Positions 39,796 through 50,525 of a stretch of DNA of 64,000 bases are shown one piece after another. The notes under the pieces are model-generated. The model did not search any database, was not told where the DNA came from, and saw only the letters and a list, made by a program, of their open reading frames with translations. The stretch covers positions 320,001 to 384,000 of the forward strand of contig CAVRBU010000001.1 of the NCBI GenBank assembly GCA_963719315.1, read 5' to 3'. The stretch comes from an uncultured Planctomycetota bacterium (GTDB lineage: Bacteria; Planctomycetota; Planctomycetia; Pirellulales; Lacipirellulaceae). Position numbers and translations under genes: made by a program. The number at the start of each line of letters is the position of its first letter. Position 1 is the stretch's first letter.

Positions 39796-40795
39796 TTAGT
39801 CGTTTGGCACCAATAGGCCGAGCCGTCGGGCAGCGTCCGTCGAAACCATTAACCGCAATTTGCCAGGCAGGACTTCGACATCCACCGGCAAAGTGCCGGC
39901 GTAATCGCCGTCCAGTTGGTAGGGGATCGTCGCGCCGTTGGCCGCTTCCAAGCGAAATCGCCGCGATAGTCGCAGCCCTGCATCCGGCAGCTTAAGGTGC
40001 AATCGTCGCACGACGTGCCACAAATATCGGGCAATGCTCCACACCGCGCCGCGCTCGAATGTGCACACGTCTAGCAGTCCGTCGGTCGCCACCGCATGCG
40101 GCGCAATGGGCAGACCCAAGGCGTACAGCGGCAGATTAAACCCAAACATCCAGCGGCACGTGAGCGATTCGCCGCCCGCCGTTTCGGCCGTGTCCCAGTA
40201 TATCCGCATCGGTGGGTACCCGTAACGCCGGATCGCGTGTAGCGTCGGGCGAAAATAGGCCAAGTGGCTGATATTTCCGCGACGATTCTCATGTAAGTGG
40301 CGAATGACCTCGGCATCGAAGCCTGCGCTAATCATCAGCAGAAAATACTTGCCTGCCGCCCGACCCAGGTCGAGCTCCACAACGACGCCGTGTTCCGCGA
40401 CTTTACAGACGGATTCAGGGTCGGTTCGCTGGATCACGTACCGGCCCAGCAGGTTTTCCGTGCCCATCGGTACTACCAGGAGCGGAATCTCCAGCGGCAC
40501 GTGATTGCGGACGATTGAGGCCGTGCCGTCGCCACCTACGGCGACAACCAAACGCAGATCGCCCTTATTCGATTCGTCTCGAGCGAGGCAGGCTAACTCG
40601 TCGAGACTCGCCGTGGTGCGGACTTGAAATCCCCTCTCTGTGAGCTTCGCGACAATCGCCTCGACGTGGCCGTGGCGCGCCCGCGACCCTGCTCGCGGGT
40701 TCATGCTTACTAGCACACCACGGCAATCCGGACTGGGTCGGAGGGCTGTTCGTTTGGTCGAAATACCCGTCTCAGGTTGAGATTGCACCGTCATG
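39796..40795 (-). CDS. Diacylglycerol/lipid kinase family protein
   Basis: NPRAG, VGGDGT, PMGTENLL, SAGFDA, YQLDGD; start uncertain (ATG 40795 chosen). Confidence 0.9.
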
Positions 40796-41386
40796 GCGTG
40801 GAAACGGCGGTTGTGCTGTAGGATCGTGCCTGCGGCCGCCTCGAGGCAGAAACTCATTGTAACGAGACGACTTACGGCGACGTAGTCGAATCGGAGTCTC
40901 ATTCTGATGCGCAGATCAGTATCACCAGTCGGGCTGAAACGGCCGTGCCAAGTTGCACCAGTTCGAGACAATTTGTGCTGTCAGATGCATTAACGTGCAT
41001 CGCAGTCGTGACTCCCATTCATGGGTCCAAGCGTTATGAAATCGATGTATCTTGCCGCTAATCGTCTCACGCTAAACGCAAATCGCAAAAGGACTTAAGG
41101 TGGATGCCGTTTGCGCCTTTCAACCTGCCTTATCTGCCATTGGTATATCAACTGCCGCATCACTTTGGCACGTCGATGAAGCGATCGAGGTCGAAATTGC
41201 TTCGCCGAAGACAATCTTGCTGGCCCGCGGGGCCTCGAATGCGAAGTGGCGTAGCGGTTGCCTTGCCCCTGACCGCTAGGTCGAGTCAATTTGTGATTGG
41301 CTCATTCGAGGCCCGCTTTTTTTGCGCGGGCCATCGAGAAAAGCCGTGGCTGGGGCGTCACCCCAGGCATCCGCTGGTTGCGAATT

Positions 41387-42019
41387 TCAAACGAGGTTCT
41401 TGCGGACCGCCCAAACGGCTGCTTGCGTGCGGTCTGAGACGCCGATTTTTCGCAGAATGTGCTGGACGTGTTCCTTCACCGTCTCGTAGCTGATCCCCAG
41501 CGATTGGGCGATTTCCTTGTTGGTAAGCCCGAACGCGAGTTGCTTCAACACTTCACTTTCGCGTTTGGTGAGCGGCACGTCGGCGTCAGACCCATTCCGC
41601 GGGGCGGCCAAGGCGCCCGTCACGCGCCGCAGTTCATCCCGCGACCAGATCGTATCGCCGCCCGCAGCCGCATGAACTGCATCGACAAGCTCCTTGCGGG
41701 TGACGCTCTTCAACAGATACCCCGACGCGCCTAACGCCACCGCGCGGGCGATGTAGGTTGGATTATCGTGCGAACTGAACATCAGCACGGGGATATCGAC
41801 CAGGTCGAGCTTGATTCGCGCGAGACAGTTCAGCCCGTCGCCGTCCGGCATTCGAACGTCCAACAGAACCAGATCGGGCCGGTGTTTGTTGGCCAGCTTG
41901 AAACCCGCTACGCCGTCCGACGCTTCGGCGACAACTCGAATATCCGTCCCTTGCAGTAGCGCTTTCAGGCCGGCGCGGACCACCTCGTGGTCGTCCACAA
42001 TCAATACATCGATTGCCAT
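41387..42019 (-). CDS. NarL/LuxR family response regulator
   Basis: VDDH, LDVRMP, GYLLK, LTKRESEVL..LA.GLTNKEIA. Confidence 0.95.
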   Translation of the reverse strand: MAIDVLIVDDHEVVRAGLKALLQGTDIRVVAEASDGVAGFKLANKHRPDLVLLDVRMPDGDGLNCLARIKLDLVDIPVLMFSSHDNPTYIARAVALGASGYLLKSVTRKELVDAVHAAAGGDTIWSRDELRRVTGALAAPRNGSDADVPLTKRESEVLKQLAFGLTNKEIAQSLGISYETVKEHVQHILRKIGVSDRTQAAVWAVRKNLV

Positions 42020-42933
42020 TTCTAGAACACTCCTCGATAACGATCAGCTACAGTCTCAGTTTTCACCGGACTTATTAGGGCTGAGACTTACTTAAGTTAG
42101 GGCAAACCGGTATTCGCGAGGTGGAGATTACCGCCCGTGAAGGGCAATAGAGCCATACGATCGCGATTGCGATTAACAGCATCGGCGGACAAGGCGGCGG
42201 CTGAGCTTTGTGGAACCTACGCGTTGCTTTCCCAAAAGCTGCCGCGGCAGTCACTTCGCCTATATGAATAGTAGGTCGAAGTCGTATGGCAGCAACGGGG
42301 GACTTACGCATCCCTTGATCGGGTTAGCCCCCAATAACACGCGTACAAGCGAGCGGGAGAACCCGCACCGAAGAAGCTTCGCCAATTTTGAAAGGCCGCA
42401 AGGTTCCGTATTTTCAAGCGTTTTTTGAGCCGTAATGAAAATCAGTCTTCAATCCGTGGCTAGTAAAGTGAAACGTGGGACGGCCATCCAAGAAGGTAGT
42501 TTTTAGCGCCTCTTCCTCGAAGCGGAATCCGAATAATTGTAATAATCGCGAGACGACGAAATCTTGACCTGCAAGATCCGCGTAGTCGTCGAGCGGCATG
42601 GGGCAGAGTGCGACAGAGTGACGCTCAATTCTTTTCCTCCAATTGCGCGAAATGGGTTCGATCAGACCCACGAGTCCCATCGGCTTGTGCAGCCAGGCAG
42701 ATGCCGTGCTAGCACGTTTGCGATCCAACCAACTGTCGAACGGCTTATTCGTGCAAACTGATCTCAGTTATTCGATCCCTCGCGACCTCCGCCGATGCCG
42801 CCCATAACCCGCACTTTGTATCTCGTCGATGCACTCCGCTTTACTTGCGTTTCTCGATGCCGCATACTCACTCCCCGCATTTACGGATTCGAGCGAACGC
42901 CCATTTCCATAATCGAAAGGTGGACAACGCCCA

Positions 42934-43761
42934 ATGACGCTGCTTTCGATGAACGAGGTAACGACCTTTCGTTGGTCGTTCGAGCAAGATGTCGAAATCT
43001 ACCAGGAGGCCGGTTACAGCGGTATTGGCGTATGGCGACATAAAGTGTCGGACGGCGACGAAGATCAGGCGATTGACCTGGTGTCTTCGAGCGGGCTTAG
43101 TGTCACTCACCTTGCATGGGCCGGCGGCTTCACGGGCAGCGATGGCCGAACGCTCGCGGAAAGCGTGGCCGACGCCCTTGAAGCTTTGCGTTTGGCCGCT
43201 GCTCTGCGGGCCGGTTGCCTCGTAATTTACTCCGGCGGGCGAAACAACCACACTTTTAGACACGCGGGCAGGCTGCTGCGTATGGCGCTCGACGAACTCT
43301 TGCCACTCGCCGAAGCGATCGACGTGCCGCTGGCGATCGAGCCGATGCACGCCGCCTGTGCGCGCGATTGGACGTTTCTGACCGACTTGACATCGGTCAT
43401 CACGTTGATTGAAGAATTCGGCAGTCCCTGCCTCAAAATCGCCTACGACACCTATCATTTCCCGATCCACGGCCGGAAGCGCGAAGTGCTCAAGCGAATT
43501 GCCCCGTACATCGGGATCGTGCACCTGGGTGATCGCCGGCAAGCGCCAAGCGTCGAACAGGAACGGTGCCCGTTGGGGCTCGGCCGGCTTCAATTAGGCG
43601 AAGTAATCGGTACGCTGCAAGAGGCCGGTTATACGGGTGACTACGACGTCAAACTTTTCGGATCCGAAGTCGAAGCGTACGACTATTGGACACTCCTCGA
43701 ACAATCGCAGCTCACGTTCGCTGAACTGGCGCCCGTTGCGACGCAACAGTCTCTCGCATGA
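42934..43761 (+). CDS. Sugar phosphate isomerase/epimerase (TIM barrel, AP endonuclease 2 family)
   Basis: LAIEPMH, DTYH, VHLGD, LGLGRL. Confidence 0.85.
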   Translation: MTLLSMNEVTTFRWSFEQDVEIYQEAGYSGIGVWRHKVSDGDEDQAIDLVSSSGLSVTHLAWAGGFTGSDGRTLAESVADALEALRLAAALRAGCLVIYSGGRNNHTFRHAGRLLRMALDELLPLAEAIDVPLAIEPMHAACARDWTFLTDLTSVITLIEEFGSPCLKIAYDTYHFPIHGRKREVLKRIAPYIGIVHLGDRRQAPSVEQERCPLGLGRLQLGEVIGTLQEAGYTGDYDVKLFGSEVEAYDYWTLLEQSQLTFAELAPVATQQSLA

Positions 43762-44195
43762 CGGCACCCACAACGCTCCGTATCAACGCGCAACTGGCCA
43801 TCCCGCGGAGCGAGATTCGATTCACGTTTGTGCGCAGCTCTGGCCCAGGCGGTCAGAATGTAAACAAAGTGGCCTCCAAGGCCGTGCTAAGGTGGTCGCC
43901 CACAAGAAGCATATCGCTGCCGGACGACGTTCGTAGCCGCCTGGTGGTCCAATGTGGGCGGCGGATTAACGACCGCGGTGAACTCGTTTTGTCCAGTCAG
44001 CGGTATCGCGATCAGGCGAAAAACATCGACGATTGCTTGGAAAAATTGCGCGGTTTGATTGGGGCAGCCGCCGTACCCCCCAAAAAACGCAAAAGAACTC
44101 GCTTGCCAAAAGGCGCCCGCGAGTCCCGCCTGCAGCAGAAACGAGTTACGTCCGACAAGAAGCGCAGCCGCGGTTCGTCGTCGTTCGAGGACTAA
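43758..44195 (+). CDS. arfB: Alternative ribosome rescue peptidyl-tRNA hydrolase ArfB
   Basis: RSSGPGGQNVNKV, RDQAKN, basic C-terminal tail. Confidence 0.95.
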   Translation: MTAPTTLRINAQLAIPRSEIRFTFVRSSGPGGQNVNKVASKAVLRWSPTRSISLPDDVRSRLVVQCGRRINDRGELVLSSQRYRDQAKNIDDCLEKLRGLIGAAAVPPKKRKRTRLPKGARESRLQQKRVTSDKKRSRGSSSFED

Positions 44196-44278
44196 CTGCC
44201 TAAATGCCGTGTTTAATCTGAAGAATTAGCTAGCTTTGGCATAACAGTTGCCCGTAGTCGTGGGTGCAAGTTTTCGCT

Positions 44279-45808
44279 GGGTGGGCGTCTTTTTTGTTGG
44301 TGGTATTAGACGGCAGTCTGATACCAGAAGCCTTCCCACTGTCCGGGCTGGCCGAGGAACAGGGCGCGGAGGTGGCAGACGCTGTCGCTGCCGGGCTCTC
44401 GCCAGCGCATCCCGCTGCCTTTGAGCCGTCCTCCCACGACCAGCTTGCACGCGGCTTCCACCGGACCGGAGCCGATCATCCAACCGCGGGTCAAGTACGT
44501 GGGATAGTCCATGCGATGGACGTTGTTCCGCACGTATTGTGCTTGTTGTCGGTAGCACTCCCGCTGGGCCTCGTTCCAGTCGCTCTGATCGAGCGATTCC
44601 CAACTGGCCACGAGCGCTGCTCCTCCTTCGTGCTTGAGCTTGTGACACCAGTCACGTTGTCGTTTGGCAAAGGCGCCGTCATCGCCCGGGTGAAGCGCAC
44701 GAGCCAATTCGGCCACGTGCTCACTGGCATGGTAAAAGTCGAGGATCCGCACCGCCAGCGGCGCGTTCTTCTCGATGAAACGCTCCAAGCAAGGAGCGCC
44801 GTCGGTCAGCGCGATCTGTTGCTCGGCGTGGTCCCAGCCGACCTGCGCGGCCTGCCGGCGCCATTGCAGCCCCAAATCGTCTAAATCATGAAAACCGGCC
44901 AAATACCGCACTTGGTGTGGATCTTGGGCTGGTTGTTCCTCGAACGGCGAACGCGCATTGAAGACCATCGCCACCGCGGCCATCCGCGACTCCGCCGGGC
45001 CACCGCCGATGGCCTGCTGCGGCACCCCCGTGTGATCGACGGCCAGGTAGGCGCAGCGCCGACCCTCGGCATCCCGTTGCCAAAGCCAGTCTTCCTGGGG
45101 GCCAAACGTTTGCTTGGCCGCGAGTTTCGCTCCCAAGCGTTGGCCCGCTTCTTCCGTGACGCGCAGCACGGTCGACTCCGCCAACCGAATGCCACTCATG
45201 CGGACCAAGGCTCGTTCGGCCGCCAAGCCAAAGCTGCTCAGCGTGCCGGCCAGCGACGCCAGTTCCTCCGCGCCGGGCGTGACGTGCCGCGGGGTGAGGC
45301 CCAGCCGCTCGTCCCAGGGCTGCTGGCTCGCGCCGCACTGGCAGCAGTAGTAATAGGTCCGCGTCAAACGGATGTCTCCCAGCAGGCTGACCAATCCTTT
45401 CGTTCGCCAGTCGATGAACTTCGCGCTGCCGCCGCAGGAGCAGGCTAAGCTAGCTCCCTGATAAGCGCCCCTTTTTTACACACTCGTTGGTGGCGGTCTC
45501 CAGCACGTTCGCTCCCAAATCGAACAACATGTCCCGCAACTCGAACTCGCCGCGGCCCAACAACTCCTCGGGCTTCTTCGCCGCCATCATCCGCGCCATG
45601 TTCTTCAACTGCTGTTCGGCCTGGCCCTTGAGCGACTCGTAAATCCGCTCCGCCGCCGCTTCCTCTTCCGCTGTCAGGTCCAGTTCCAACGCCTTGATCT
45701 GCTTGGCCATCGCTCTGCTCTCCGGTCTTCGAGTTCGAGAATTACCCCCCAATTGTCACAGACCCTTCAGCAGAGCAGATTTCCCCCCAACAATCGAGAC
45801 GCCTACCC
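44279..45808 (-). mobile_element. ISKra4-family insertion sequence, 1530 bp
   Basis: ~25-bp imperfect inverted repeats (gggtgggcgtct...gttgg / gggtaggcgtct...gttgg); flanking repeats gttttcgct (44270-44278) and gttttcgcc (45809-45817). Confidence 0.85.
44306..45710 (-). CDS. ISKra4-family transposase in two ORFs (45450-45710 and 44306-~45465)
   Basis: CSCG and CCQC Zn motifs, TDGA, ILDFYHASEH, MDYP.Y...GW.IGSGPVEAACK, GMRW; A6G4 run at the ORF junction. Confidence 0.88.
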
Positions 45809-46083
45809 GTTTTCGCCGGTCAGCAAAGTTTTGAGGTAGATTTGTGATGCTGGCGCGGTATATTGATCGTGCCTCTTCAGCGGGCAAGGAATCATCTCGG
45901 CAGCTTATCATCAGAACCCGCTGTCTTTATTCTCATTTCATTCGTTGATAAGGCCCTGACAAAAGGACGCACCACGAACGGCGCAGTCCGCAAAGGATGC
46001 AGCGCCGTAGAGGGTACGTGTCCGGCGGCCGATAACAACGGAGAGCCTTACGTTTCCATAGGGAATCAGCAAAGGAAGTCGTT

Positions 46084-46545
46084 ATGTCCACAATGAATGA
46101 TTCGAGCATTTCCGCCGCATGCTTGGAACATCAAGTTTTCGAGCACATCAAGCAAGCGCTCCTGGTGACGCTGAACTGGCAGGCGCCGGTCGTGGGCATG
46201 CCGCGTAAGTTGTCGAGTTTGCAATTCACGATCAAGTCGTTCCAGCGGCACCTCGAGCGCGTGCTTTCGATCGAAGAAGGCGGCGGCTACATGGCCGACG
46301 CCATGGAATCTAAGCCGCATTTTCAGGCTCGAGTCGAGCAGCTTGCCAAGGACCACGTGCGTTACCGCGAGCGACTGCGAAAACTCATTCCGGAACTCAA
46401 CGATACGAAAGAGTGGGAAGAGCCGCGATTCGAGCGGATTTGCAGCGAGTTGCGGACGCTGATCGCCGATCTCGAACAGCACAACGCGCGCGAAATCGAA
46501 CTGCTCCAGGAAAGTACGCTGGTCGACGAGGGCGGCGAGGGCTGA
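46084..46545 (+). CDS. Hemerythrin-like domain protein
   Basis: EH..., HLERVLSIEE, DH, HNAREIELL four-helix metal-ligand pattern. Confidence 0.7.
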   Translation: MSTMNDSSISAACLEHQVFEHIKQALLVTLNWQAPVVGMPRKLSSLQFTIKSFQRHLERVLSIEEGGGYMADAMESKPHFQARVEQLAKDHVRYRERLRKLIPELNDTKEWEEPRFERICSELRTLIADLEQHNAREIELLQESTLVDEGGEG

Positions 46546-46909
46546 GCGACCCTTCCAGCACTTTGTGCAAGTATTTCTAGCGGGCTGTCCACGTTCGATT
46601 GATGGGTGAGCATGTCTTGGACGGAATCATGCCTACGCCGCCGCGGCGAAGGCATGCCACCCAGCATTTCACTAGTGACAGAGCACTTGAAAGTGGCAGC
46701 GACTGCATTGCCGGCAGACTTCTCTACTCCTCGCGCCGGGACGCTTTCAGCGTCACTGCGGCGCAACATTGACCACCGTTGACTTAATTTTTTGCAACTC
46801 GGTGTGTAACTGTTCACTGCCAGTAGTGAACGGAACTCTTGCTGTCATTCGTCGTTAACTTCTTGGCCGGCAGCCTCTTCCGGCATTCGTGATTTATTTG
46901 GCCGCACCT

Positions 46910-46924
46910 TGGCACGCCGAGTGC
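46910..46924 (+). promoter_or_regulatory. Sigma54-type (-24/-12) promoter upstream of csrA paralog 1
   Basis: TGGCACGCCGAGTGC, GG-N10-GC spacing. Confidence 0.55.
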
Positions 46925-47065
46925 GTACTACGGGAGCAGGGCCGCTCGGAAACGCCGGCCCTGGCGAGGGCAGTGGCTGTTGCTGTCATCGCCTGTATGG
47001 GAGGACGGTCAGGACTGATCGGAGTAGTGGCAGATTCTTTTCATCACCAACCGAGGGAGTGTTCC

Positions 47066-47497
47066 ATGTTGGTTCTCACACGGAAGTATCAGGAAAAAAT
47101 TCGGATCGGCGACAACATCACCATTACCGTTTTGCGGATGAAGGGCAAAGCGGTGCGGCTGGGCATAGAAGCGCCCGCCGAAGTTCCGGTCGTGCGGGGT
47201 GAGCTGTCTTTCACAGGCGAGTCGGAGCCAACTGAGGCCACGGCCGCACCGACGAAGGAACTTGAAATTGCCGAAACCGAGACGATCGGCGGCGGCCGCA
47301 CTTTCGGTCGAACGGAGTGCATGAGTACGCCCTGGCCGACAAATTCGCGTCCTGCTGAAGCAAATTTGCCCGCCCGCGAGCAGGCGACAACGGTGAGCTT
47401 CAACCGCGTTCCGCGAGAGAAGGTCTCGAACATGTTGCCCAAGCTCGTCGCGGGTGCGGCGCCGCTGAGGGCGATGATGGACCAGGGACGCGGCTAA
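47066..47497 (+). CDS. csrA: Carbon storage regulator CsrA paralog with long C-terminal extension
   Basis: MLVLTRK..EKIRIGDNITITVL......VRLGIEAP..VPVVRGEL. Confidence 0.9.
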   Translation: MLVLTRKYQEKIRIGDNITITVLRMKGKAVRLGIEAPAEVPVVRGELSFTGESEPTEATAAPTKELEIAETETIGGGRTFGRTECMSTPWPTNSRPAEANLPAREQATTVSFNRVPREKVSNMLPKLVAGAAPLRAMMDQGRG

Positions 47498-47571
47498 GTA
47501 GCAGCGAATGCGTCGCTCGGTTTGGAGTTGGATGTAGCTGAAATCGCCTCACAGAGAACTTGTGAAGTATG

Positions 47572-49647
47572 TTATTTGACAACCGTTGGTTCGGCTCGCT
47601 TCGCGACTTGCTCGTTGTAGCTCGCCGGGAAGTTTTGCAGTTCGGCCAACTGCTCGAACAACACGCGGCGGACCTCCAAAATGCTTTGCGGATGACGATG
47701 GACGTTGCTGTGAGCCGCGGGAACGACGATTTGAGACTCGACTTGCGGTGCGTTGTCGAGCCGCGAGCTGGTCAAAGCCACCACGCCGTCGCCTTCACCA
47801 ACGATGTATTTGCTGCTCCATCCTGGTTTGGGTTCGCGCCCGACGACGTTGTGATACGTGACCCATGGCCCGGGGCTGGCGGTTAAGAGCGTTGGCAGCA
47901 ATGGCGAGTCGGGCGATAAGGAATCGATGCTAGTCTTGATGTCGATCGGGGCGTTCGCCCGGAAAAAATGCGCATTTTGCGCCAGCAGTTGGTCGCGGCG
48001 TTCCAGCATCTTATGCGGCAACGAGATCAGCTTGCTGCCGGCCCAACGCGTAATGTCGTTGGCAATTGGGCTGCCGCGGTGAGGCGTGCCGAGCGTCACG
48101 ACACGGCGCACCGAAGGGTTCGGCCGAAAGTAAAATGTAGTCGCTAATGCGCGGACCGTGTCCGGGTCGGCCTTGAGTTCGGCGAAAGGATGATCGCTCA
48201 TCGTGTGCCAAAAGGCATCGGAGCTTTCGACGGTTTGCAGCTTGGCGATCAAGCCGCCCATACTGTGGCCGACGAGCACCATTTCATCCAACGCGGGGTC
48301 TTGCCGTGAAGGATCGACCTCGCGCCGCATCGTCGCCAAATCTTCACGCATTTGCGTGGCACTTATCCAGAACGGTTGACCCGTCGGGTACAGATAGAAC
48401 CAGAACTGGTAATTCTCGCGGACGAGCGGGTCGCTACGCAGGTCGTTGTACATTTCCATCCAAGTAACGGGACTCGACCATAGGCCGTGTACCATGACGA
48501 CGGGCATCTTTTTGGGGTCGAACGGCTCCAGCATGTAGAGCCCTTGTAGCTTTTTCGCGTCTCCCGGGTGAAACAGGCCGGCGGTAGAAAGATCTCGATC
48601 GCGGAACTGCGGCTGATTCAAGAAATAAGCCAGCGGCGTGCTGAGATCGGCCTCGAGCGGGACGCCGCGGTCGGCGACCTCGATCGATTTGCGGTCGAGT
48701 GGATCGTACAACTCGAGCACAAAGTGGGGCGCGGTGGGATCGGTAATGTGTGGCGTGGCCGTTCCGGCGGCAGCGGTTTCGAATTCCGCGCCGCGGCGAT
48801 GCGATTGCAAAGGGCTCTCGACCCGCAGGAACGCAGTGAGGGGAAAGCAAACGTTCGGTGGGTAGAAGTGCTCAGCCGGGTCTTGCCCGGCGTGGCTGCG
48901 GTGGACTGCAATCAGCGGCACGCCCAGGCCATATGTGTGATAGTGATTCTGTAGGCCTTGGATTTTGTAGTCGCTGACGAATTCCAGCCGATCGATGTCG
49001 TCCGGGTGCCAGCCCGTGCTGTGGACAGTGACTTCCAACGAGCAAGTCGTGTTGGCGGTCGTCACCGTGCGCGACATGCCGGGTCGAAGCTCACCCTCTT
49101 TCTGCACGAGCCGCAGCAGCCCTTCCAGCGACTGGTTGTACAGATCGGACGCACCCCGAAATTGCGGATCATACGGATTAATGGCGAGCGAACCGGGCCG
49201 TCCCCGTTCCGCTGTCTCCTCGGGCTGGAACAAATACCGATACGCGTGAATTAGCGCCGTCCCATAAAACTGCAGTGCCCGCTGGTGATGTATCTTTTCG
49301 GCCTGAGTGGCCGTGATATAAGCCACTTCGGCCATCGCGTACTCATGTTCGCGATCCGGCTCGCGGCGTTGAATATCTTCGAGCCGAGCTAGTAGAGCGG
49401 CGCGATCACCCTTGAGGTCGCTTTCCAGGTCGTACCGCCGCAAGAGCTGCATTGTACGGTCGGTCGGTTTTGGCCCGCGGGGCGACAAGAGATCCAGCGT
49501 GCCCGCCAGCGGATTGCGCGGCGTGTCGCGAACTTTCACCCACTCCGATCCGCCCACACAACCGGCGGCGAGCAACAGCACGAGGCCGATGAGCAGCGTC
49601 GAGGCTGCGTGCGGAGTCCGAGATTTGTCCGCTGGATGCGCGCGCAT
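47572..49647 (-). CDS. Alpha/beta hydrolase (esterase/lipase) lipoprotein
   Basis: LAAGC lipobox, VHGLWSSP, GHSMGG, GTPHRGS, GDGVV. Confidence 0.9.
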   Translation of the reverse strand: MRAHPADKSRTPHAASTLLIGLVLLLAAGCVGGSEWVKVRDTPRNPLAGTLDLLSPRGPKPTDRTMQLLRRYDLESDLKGDRAALLARLEDIQRREPDREHEYAMAEVAYITATQAEKIHHQRALQFYGTALIHAYRYLFQPEETAERGRPGSLAINPYDPQFRGASDLYNQSLEGLLRLVQKEGELRPGMSRTVTTANTTCSLEVTVHSTGWHPDDIDRLEFVSDYKIQGLQNHYHTYGLGVPLIAVHRSHAGQDPAEHFYPPNVCFPLTAFLRVESPLQSHRRGAEFETAAAGTATPHITDPTAPHFVLELYDPLDRKSIEVADRGVPLEADLSTPLAYFLNQPQFRDRDLSTAGLFHPGDAKKLQGLYMLEPFDPKKMPVVMVHGLWSSPVTWMEMYNDLRSDPLVRENYQFWFYLYPTGQPFWISATQMREDLATMRREVDPSRQDPALDEMVLVGHSMGGLIAKLQTVESSDAFWHTMSDHPFAELKADPDTVRALATTFYFRPNPSVRRVVTLGTPHRGSPIANDITRWAGSKLISLPHKMLERRDQLLAQNAHFFRANAPIDIKTSIDSLSPDSPLLPTLLTASPGPWVTYHNVVGREPKPGWSSKYIVGEGDGVVALTSSRLDNAPQVESQIVVPAAHSNVHRHPQSILEVRRVLFEQLAELQNFPASYNEQVAKRAEPTVVK

Positions 49648-49941
49648 GGGACGTTTGGGCAGCGGTCGCGAGTGCGCTGCAAACCCTGTTGGAGACGCTC
49701 AATCGAAGAGAATTAGCCGACGAGTTCCGGCCTTGCCGGGGCGGGGACAATAGAGAATTCCCCGCTCCGCATCAATGCGGTCCGAACTGCTAGCTGCAAT
49801 CGACCGTCTTGCAGAGAAGCGCACTAAAAATGCCGGTCCGCCCGCGCTGCACAAAGCAAGCAACGGGCGGCCCGGCATGGGCGGAGCCAAATTGGAATGG
49901 ATAAAATGGAGGCCGAAAATCCTGCTCTCAATCCGAATGAA

Positions 49942-50226
49942 TCAGGTCACACAATGGCGTCCGACTGTCTCCGCAGGCAGGTTATGAAAGATGGTTACAC
50001 TGGCCGGGTTGGCGGCCGGTTGAGCGGAATCCGCGTGGGCGTCATCCGAGTGCTCGCAGGGGCGGAATTCCCGGACCGCCCCTTCGAGCTCGCCACGAAG
50101 GATCCGCACGTTCCGCGGGGCATCGAGTGCTAGCGTCACCCGATTCCCGGCAATCCGGCGGATCTCCAAAACGATGTTATCTCCCACGTGAATCCGTTCA
50201 CCGACTTTTCGACTGAGCACCAACAT
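49942..50226 (-). CDS. csrA: Carbon storage regulator CsrA paralog 2
   Basis: MLVLSRKVGERIHVGDNI.....I.GNRV.LALDAP.NV.ILRGEL; AGGAG RBS. Confidence 0.9.
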   Translation of the reverse strand: MLVLSRKVGERIHVGDNIVLEIRRIAGNRVTLALDAPRNVRILRGELEGAVREFRPCEHSDDAHADSAQPAANPASVTIFHNLPAETVGRHCVT

Positions 50227-50322
50227 CTGAAAAACTCCTTGTCCTTAATCGAACAGCGTGTAAGCCCGATCGCAGCTTGCGAGTCGAGCATGCGGTCGCG
50301 TGATGCGACTGCCTCAACAGAA

Positions 50323-50337
50323 GCAAGGGGCGTGCCG
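50323..50337 (-). promoter_or_regulatory. Sigma54-type (-24/-12) promoter upstream of csrA paralog 2
   Basis: Minus strand CGGCACGCCCCTTGC, GG-N10-GC with a TTGC -12 box. Confidence 0.6.
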
Positions 50338-50525
50338 CTCGCAGCGGGAGCGATAAACATATAACCCGCGGGCGTTAAATCGCGGTGAATATCGCAAGAA
50401 AAACGCGAATTCTGGCCCCAGAATCATCGCCAATGGTAGCACTTCCGCAGGGCAGATCCGGCTTGCAAGCATCTCGTTTCGAGACGGATGTCCAATTTTG
50501 AGATCAGACTACCTGGTCCCGATTG

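Noticed and set aside
42098..42165. c-di-GMP-I riboswitch (GGGCAAACC start)
   Set aside because: No GNRA tetraloop or GACGCAAAGC-type segment follows, and it is far from the next same-strand gene; the ~900-bp gap 42020-42933 remains unexplained
45850..45868. Sigma54 promoter upstream of the hemerythrin-like gene
   Set aside because: TGGCGC is present, but there is no GC at the required 10-bp spacing
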